The notes beneath the pieces are model-generated. The model was not told where the DNA came from. It did not search any database and saw only the letters and a list, made by a program, of their open reading frames with translations. DNA of 64,000 nt, from NCBI RefSeq assembly GCF_009914755.1, contig NC_060928.1; one strand, given 5' to 3'. A program made the translations under genes and the position numbers. Positions 57,223-64,000 of the stretch are shown piece after piece. Numbering within the stretch: the stretch's first letter is position 1; each line of letters opens with the position of its first letter. This DNA comes from the human T2T-CHM13v2.0 reference genome, Homo sapiens.

Positions 57223-59879
57223 TGACTTCTTCGGTCTTTTTACAACAGACTTCAGATTGCAATGCAGTTAAAATTAATTACTTAGCCAAACAAGATAGGA
57301 GTTTGACTCTGTGTTCTTTGCTCTCCTTTTCAGCCTCTGTGGAAGACTTGATAACTTCTGTGCTCTAGAAACTTCTAATTGAGCATGAAGAAAGCTGGTA
57401 AATCACTGCACTGTAGCAACAGCAATCCAGTGTTTTCTCTGCCTAATGATCCTAAAGCTGATTCAATATATGTTCGTCATCAGAAATCTTTACAATGTTC
57501 AAGGCATATTTATCAGAATTTGGAATAAGCTTGCACAAATTCCCTCTTGCAACATTCTATAGCTTAGCTCAATTCCTTTCTCTTTGTATAGATCAGTGAA
57601 GTGCCAGAAGATTTACTATGAGTAAACAACTTTAGATATAAGATTTGCAGGACTTTAATATCAGACACCTGCTGGTCATATAATTGAAATTATCTACACT
57701 GAAGTAGAAACTAGTTTACCAATTATGTTTCTTTTTATGGTCCCAAACCTCATACTCATCTATATCTATATTACTAGTTTGCTAGCTAGCAATTTCTGCT
57801 ACTCATTATTTCTATCCTGCTACTTTCATAAAAGTTTGGATTGATTTCAGAGCAGTTACACCAACAAATAATGATAAAGTAGAAATATGTGCATTGGGCA
57901 GCTTCTGAGATTGAATGTGCTCACTAAATCTTTGTAGAAATCTTCCTGGATTACCTATCTACCCTTCCAATTATTCTCTATTACTGCACCTGTAACTTTT
58001 CAAAACCCAGGATTACAACAGTTATTTATCTGCCAAATTTTGTGTCTCCCCTTCAATGTAAGTGCCATAAGTACAAGGACTCTGTGTTTAGGTATGTGTG
58101 AGCTATTCACAATTATAATGGAACAGTGAGAATAAGTCACTAAAGATATCAGTGTCTGGCATGTAATAATAACAGCAGATCAGTCAATATGTTATTAAAT
58201 ATTTAAACTATGGGGAAATGGGAAAAGAGAAGGCTATTGCCTAGGTAAATATCAGTGCCATGATGATGGGCCATGGTAGCTTGTTTCACTGGCACATGTT
58301 TCATTGAACCAAGCTTCTGCAAAGGCTTGGTCTCAGCACCTGGAAAAGCAGTCAATTGAAAAGATATAGTGGTGGTGTGGGTGCTGCAGGAGATGTCACT
58401 CTAGAGCTTGCAAACAGCAAATGGCACCACTGAGGCATCCATGCCACGTTACCTGGTACTCAGATTCACTGACAATAGAAAACCTTCATAAAATCACATC
58501 TAGAGTCTCCAAGGTTAGCAGTAGAAGATGAGTAATAACATGGAAGTTAAGATTTTATTTTCCTAACAGAAATCATCAAGGAAGTTCTGAGGTTGAAGAG
58601 ATATTCTTAAGAGACAAATATATCTCCATGAAAAAAAATAAGACTTTGAGGCCCATTTCCTCTTCCTGTCTCTGCTGCAAACCTTGATGATTAAAATATT
58701 TAGGAAGTAAAAGATTTCACGACTGTGAGACTTCTTGATGACCTATGAAATCAAGAGCTCCGAGAGCTAAAGAAAATTTAAAAATCATGTCTTGCATCAC
58801 CTGAAGGGTGTCCTCCCCACCCTTTAACCCTCAATGAGATCTTGAATGCTAGCTAGAGTTTTAAAAATTGGTGGATGGAGCTGTGTGTTGTTTCATCATT
58901 TGCACCCCAACTGTATATCCATCTGATGAAGCTTGGAAAATATACTTGTTAAAAAAAAAGAATTAAATCAAGAGACACATAAAATAAAATAGCAGAAGGC
59001 CAGGATAGAGAACAGGTAAAAGCAATTGTTGCAATGCCTATATAGTTTTTACGGCTGCAATACAAATATGTCTCCGAGCTTCCAAACAGCTAAAAAAAAA
59101 AAAAAAAACCTGTCTTTTTGAGAAATAAAAATAACTCTTAAGAAAAAACTGTCTTCCAAACACTTAATTTTATGTAACATATTCATGGAACAAAATAAAA
59201 TAAAAATCTTACCCTTTGCTTTATTTACTGACTTTCAACTGTTTATACTAATCCTATTTTTTCATTGAATTATTCATCTAAAAACAAAAGTAAATTGACA
59301 ATTACTACCCAAATTTGACTTAGGTAAAATCAATACATGCTAACAAATAACTATGCCAACATTTTCTTTTATATAACTATACCAAACAATGCTTTGTACT
59401 GTCGATGGAAGTTTTCAAAAGAATGATTTTCATCATGTTGACCTTTGATAGCCACAAAATTCAATTAAGCGATGAAAAACTCCAGTATCATGTAATCATA
59501 AGACAGTCAGTGACTTTAATAATCAAAAGAAGTCTACCTTTACCTTTCTTTTTGATAAATGAGTAGATGGTCATAATATGGTTTTCTTCAGTATTGTTTA
59601 GTCAGTAAATGCTAAAAAGTTTTTCCTCCTTTTTCATAAACTATAAAAAAATTGTGTTTGTTATCCATCTAGTCAAAATGCCAGATAATAAAGGTCCTTC
59701 TTAAAATGGGTAAACATAAGAAACCTCAGAATTGTTTTATTGGGTTCAGTGAAAAAGAAACATAAACAATCTTAAAATGCCAGTTAGAGTATGGGCAGAG
59801 AGATGGGCATGAATTGAAGGCAACATGAATTACTGATGTCAGTACTACCCCTTCTGGCATTTAATCGTGCAAGAACAGT

Positions 59880-60095
59880 CACCATGGTGCTGTGGCTAAG
59901 TGCATAAGTTCTGGGGCCAGTGTCTAGGTTTGACTTCTGACTTTACTAACTGGCTGTGTTGCCTTGGATAATTTAATGAATCTCTCTGTTCCTCCATTCC
60001 CTCATTTGTAAAATCAGCATGATATCAGTACGTCACAGAGGTAGAGGTAGTTAAGGAAGTAATCACTTATAAGCATTTAGCGTAATGCCTACTTC
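59880..60095 (+). mobile_element. MIR
   Basis: 'actggctgtgttgccttggataatttaatgaatctctctgttcctccattccctcatttgtaaaat'. Confidence 0.7.
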
Positions 60096-60405
60096 AAGAG
60101 ATAGAATGATTATTTCTACCATCTTGCCTTTTCTCTAAGCTTGTATGTATTGTATGCTTTCACCTGAATTGAAATTCTTGTTTAATATAAATATTTTAAA
60201 ATGTCTGTAGCCCCCAGCACAAAGAAGATGCATAATTAAAACTCTGAATTGTATAAATACAATATTATATCTTATGAGTCAATGTCTTTTTACTTAAGAA
60301 ATAATATTGACGATGTAAAAATGACAGCTGACTAATGATACATAATAAATCACCTTTCTCCAAACTAATTTAATAGGGAACTCCACCTCCAACATGTATA
60401 AACAC

Positions 60406-60452
60406 ATACACACACACACACACACATCATCATCATCATCATCATCATCATC
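60406..60452. repeat. Compound (CA)n(CAT)n microsatellite
   Basis: Direct reading. It explains the DDDDDDDDDVCVCV ORF. Confidence 0.92.
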
Positions 60453-62687
60453 TTTGAAGCCACTTATGTAATAGCAGCAAGAAAACTTATGGATTAGAAT
60501 TGGTTCAGCTTTAATATTATGATGACTCTTTTCAATACCTGACTCTTTTAATATGAATATAGTATACATGAGCTACACTGGAATTTTAAATTCATAATAT
60601 TTTAGTTATATTTTTCAAAAAAACATAGGTTGACAATTTGAAAATTGTGGAAGCTGTATATTTAAGGCAATTTATCCAAATATAAACATGACTTGATTAT
60701 TGGATTATTTTGTGTATTTCAATTCCTTTGGCATATTAAGTGCTTATATATCCCAAATTGTTTGGGGTGGGGGCACAAGTTTTTAGAATCACTAGACCTC
60801 AAACATTTATGTTTTGCCTAATAGCCTTAAAATTCTGCCTTCCTTTTTTTCAGGAAATAGGTTGTTATTTTAGAAATTTAAAACAAACACACTAACTTTG
60901 AAAGTTACTTTTCCAAGCCACTAACACCTTGATCCCAGAAAAGGTAGAATGTACAACCGGCTTTGCTTCCCTGGCAAAATTATTTCAACAATGTTTCCTA
61001 CTTACTGTGGAAAAATAATCAAATCCAGCTGACAGTCACTGAATGGGCAGCCTAGGAAATATTTTCTTCTAAGAGATTTCCGCTACGTAAATAGAAAAGA
61101 GTTATGAAATTGTTCAGAAAATTATAAGTGAACTCTTGGAAAATAAAGCTCTTAAGTATTCTTTCGAAAGGGAATGAAAATATTGTACATGCTCTTTTAA
61201 TTAAGATTCTGGTTGATATATAGTAATGCTTTAGATTTGTTCAGTCAGCATGATTCTTGATTGAAAAACACACGGGAGAGGTAGAAAATATTTCCAGAAA
61301 ACTACGATTGAGAGTCACATTTTACAGAAAGATAAATTAGGATTTGTTTTTATATATTGCCAAATGATTCTTTACTTTGAAAGTAATTTTCCACAGGATT
61401 CTTTAAAAAAAAAAATTAACTGTTTGGTTCATGGGACTGTTTTTAGATTGTTTACTTGCCAGGCAGAAAAACCTTGGAGCTAAATGTTAGGAATCACTGA
61501 CAAACAATAAAGATAAACATCTCTAAAATTTTCATAAAAGTCAGTAAAAAATATGACTTCATTCACAAAAAAATCAATTGACAGACATCTTTTGAAGAAT
61601 ACAGCCTTGACTTAAAACAAGGAGCCCATAGAGTCAAATTCCTTTTTATTCTTGCTTCTTCTTAAATTTTAAACATTCTGGAAAATTTTTCTAATACATT
61701 TTTTCAGTAATGTCCAGCAGTATCTTAATTTTTAAGTAATGACTGAATTAAAACTGCAAACATATAAATAGTTTAAATACTAATAATAGGAGCTGCTATT
61801 TATTTCTAACAATACAAGTCTTTTCACCAGATTCCTTTGTAAGCCGTAAAAAAAGTCATCTTTATAGTTTTCTCAGACATATGCTGTACTAAAAAATGCA
61901 AGTCTTGATGCTAAATATACATTTAGAAACTGGGAAATTTCTGAATTTTAAGGGTGATAAAGCATAACATATCAGTTACAAAAAAAAATGACTTGTACCT
62001 TGGGAAAAAACAGAAAAGGAAATAAAGCATTTTTATTAAGATATATGACTTCATCTTGTTTTATGTGGTGAATTAAAACAAAATCACTTAAAACAGTAGA
62101 AACTCTGTTGCTATCAATGACTTGTTCAAAAGGAAAATAATTAGATCTCTGAACTATTCATCAGGGAAAAAGGAAAAAAAAATCCTTCAATTATCTGAAC
62201 CCCATACCTAGACTCTTATTATAGCAAAAAGTAACAGAGGAAATAATTCAAAAGGTTGGAACTACGTGATTGGAAATCAGTGATTGCAAACCACTTAACT
62301 ATTTATTTATATTTTCTCAATTTTTTGTAGATTTTCAGAAATTCATTTTGCACTGTTGAGCATTTCCAAAAAGTAGAGAAAAAAAAAACTTCTTAAAATT
62401 GCCGACTTAAATAATTTGTTTCTGTCCCTATAAGTCACTCTATAAAATGCAAGAATTTCCATTTCAATTCAGTTTTGGGGCATGTTGAAACAATCCTTCC
62501 TTTTTTCCCTCACCTTATTACTGAAATGAAATGTGTATTCGCACTATAATGTGTTTTCTTCTATCCTGATTGTCTCTATGGCTTTTATCTTTCTCTTTTT
62601 AACAGTGAGTGGCTAATGGGGGCGGTGGGGGCGTGCGCGTGGGTAAGAGAATGTTCTTTGTTAAAGACTGTTTTCTTCCCTATACTC

Positions 62688-62706
62688 CATTGCCCTCTAG
62701 TGGCTG
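62688..62706 (-). promoter_or_regulatory. Candidate CTCF binding site
   Basis: Minus strand CAGCCACTAGAGGGCAATG closely matches the CTCF core CCAC(C/T)AG(A/G)(G/T)GGC. It lies in non-repeat DNA. Confidence 0.65.
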
Positions 62707-63289
62707 AGACCTAAATATCTGGAAGCTTCCATCATCCGCAAAGCAAGACACCATTTTACGCTTCACTGAGAGACTAGGGATATTCCTGCTGCTAACACAG
62801 TGATTTTTCTCTCACCATGAGAAAACATAGGCTCTGAATTTAGCCAAATTTTATATGCTTTCTGCCTGAACCATTTAAAAGTACCTGAAAAATTTTATTG
62901 TATGCTTTGTTTTTTACTGCTTTCCATATTCCCTCCCTGCCTTTCTTCCTTCTTTCAACAGACAACCTAATTTTATTTAGCAAAAGAAGGACTTGTAGAA
63001 TGTGGGTATTTAAAATCCATAATTAATTACAAAATTGCATTGCTTGTAGTAATTTCAAATTCCTCCCCACAAAAATTTCAGCTGACATATTAAATCTAGG
63101 CATTAGGTTGGACAGTCTGTGAATGCAATCCCTGGGTAAAATTTTAAAGACCATCGGTCACTTCTCTACAAAAAAAAAAAAAAACAAAAAACCCTCATAT
63201 TTGTGTACTGATTATTTCTGTAAAAGTAACCAGAAAACCAAAAGACAAAGGATAAGAATAATATACTCCACTTTATAAAAGAGAAACCA

Positions 63290-63380
63290 GCTTAAAATTC
63301 TTTTGGTGAGGTTTTTAGCAGCACCCTCTTTTTGTTTTCAAAGGAAATTGGTTTGTTTGATAAATTATATGGTCACCCTG
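63290..63380. mobile_element. MER94-like (hAT-Blackjack) end
   Basis: Minus strand 'cagggtgaccatataatttatcaaacaaacc'. Confidence 0.5.
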
Positions 63381-64000
63381 GTTAGCAACTCTCAGATCTT
63401 ACTATTTAAATACTCTAATAGCAAACAGTTTCCTCTCTTTCTTCCTCTGGACGTTTTTAAAGTATCAAAATACTAAGACAAAGAGAAAAGCCGATTACAA
63501 ACTATCACCAACCATGGTCATTTAATTCATTTTACTGTTCTACATTAAAATATTCTTTATGAAAACATTGCATTACTCTAGGGTAAAAGACCCTAGAATT
63601 GATGCTTTAACAGTACGTAACATAAAGCACCACCCAATTATAAGCAATGTGAATTACATCTATATAAATCAGTGCTCTATTGTAAGCGATATAAATTTTC
63701 ATCTTATACACTTTAAGTACCAGATGAGCTTGAAAAGATGGGGGTAAATGGGGGAGGCAGGGCTAGAGTATGGTGAGCTTTGTAGGTTATCCATATTTCT
63801 GTAACTGCATTGATCCATGTTCAGCTGACTTGAGATATACATGACAGGAGGGACCATTTCTCATTCAAGACCATGTCACCTGTCCCCAGAAATGGAGTGC
63901 TCACAAACATCACCACCATCTCTCCATTAATGATACAGCCACACTTTCATAAATTCTGACATGTTTTCTGAGAAGCCACCATCCCTGGGAAGTAGAAACC

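Noticed and set aside
58255-58438. C/D-box snoRNA-like arrangement (gtgcc-ATGATGA … CTGA-ggcat)
   Set aside because: About 185 nt is long, the K-turn spacing is non-canonical, no internal C'/D' boxes or guide were recognised, and no host gene is evident. An Infernal/snoscan search would settle it.

Overview
AT-rich, CpG-depleted primate (very likely human) intergenic or deep-intronic DNA. I find no intact protein-coding gene. Nearly every ORF in the track derives from L1, Alu, a microsatellite or chance. The window holds a full-length L1PA5-like LINE-1, several truncated L1s, nine Alus, MaLR/ERV LTRs, hAT-type MERs, L2/MIR relics and a decayed RPL6 processed pseudogene. The notable signals are traces of past insertion and repair events. 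(1) A 230-bp, about 98%-identical copy of unique sequence from 3 kb downstream is inserted without a TSD into the RPL6 pseudogene. (2) The full-length L1 carries a ~220-bp 3' transduction, revealed by its displaced TSD. (3) A second L1 has a probable double serial 3' transduction. (4) An L1PB-like element shows a twin-priming inversion. (5) An AT-only fold-back insert lies between direct repeats. (6) A strong CTCF motif sits next to a CpG/GC-box patch. I see no evidence for a new multi-gene biological system. Subfamily calls come from recalled consensus sequences, not from database searches.
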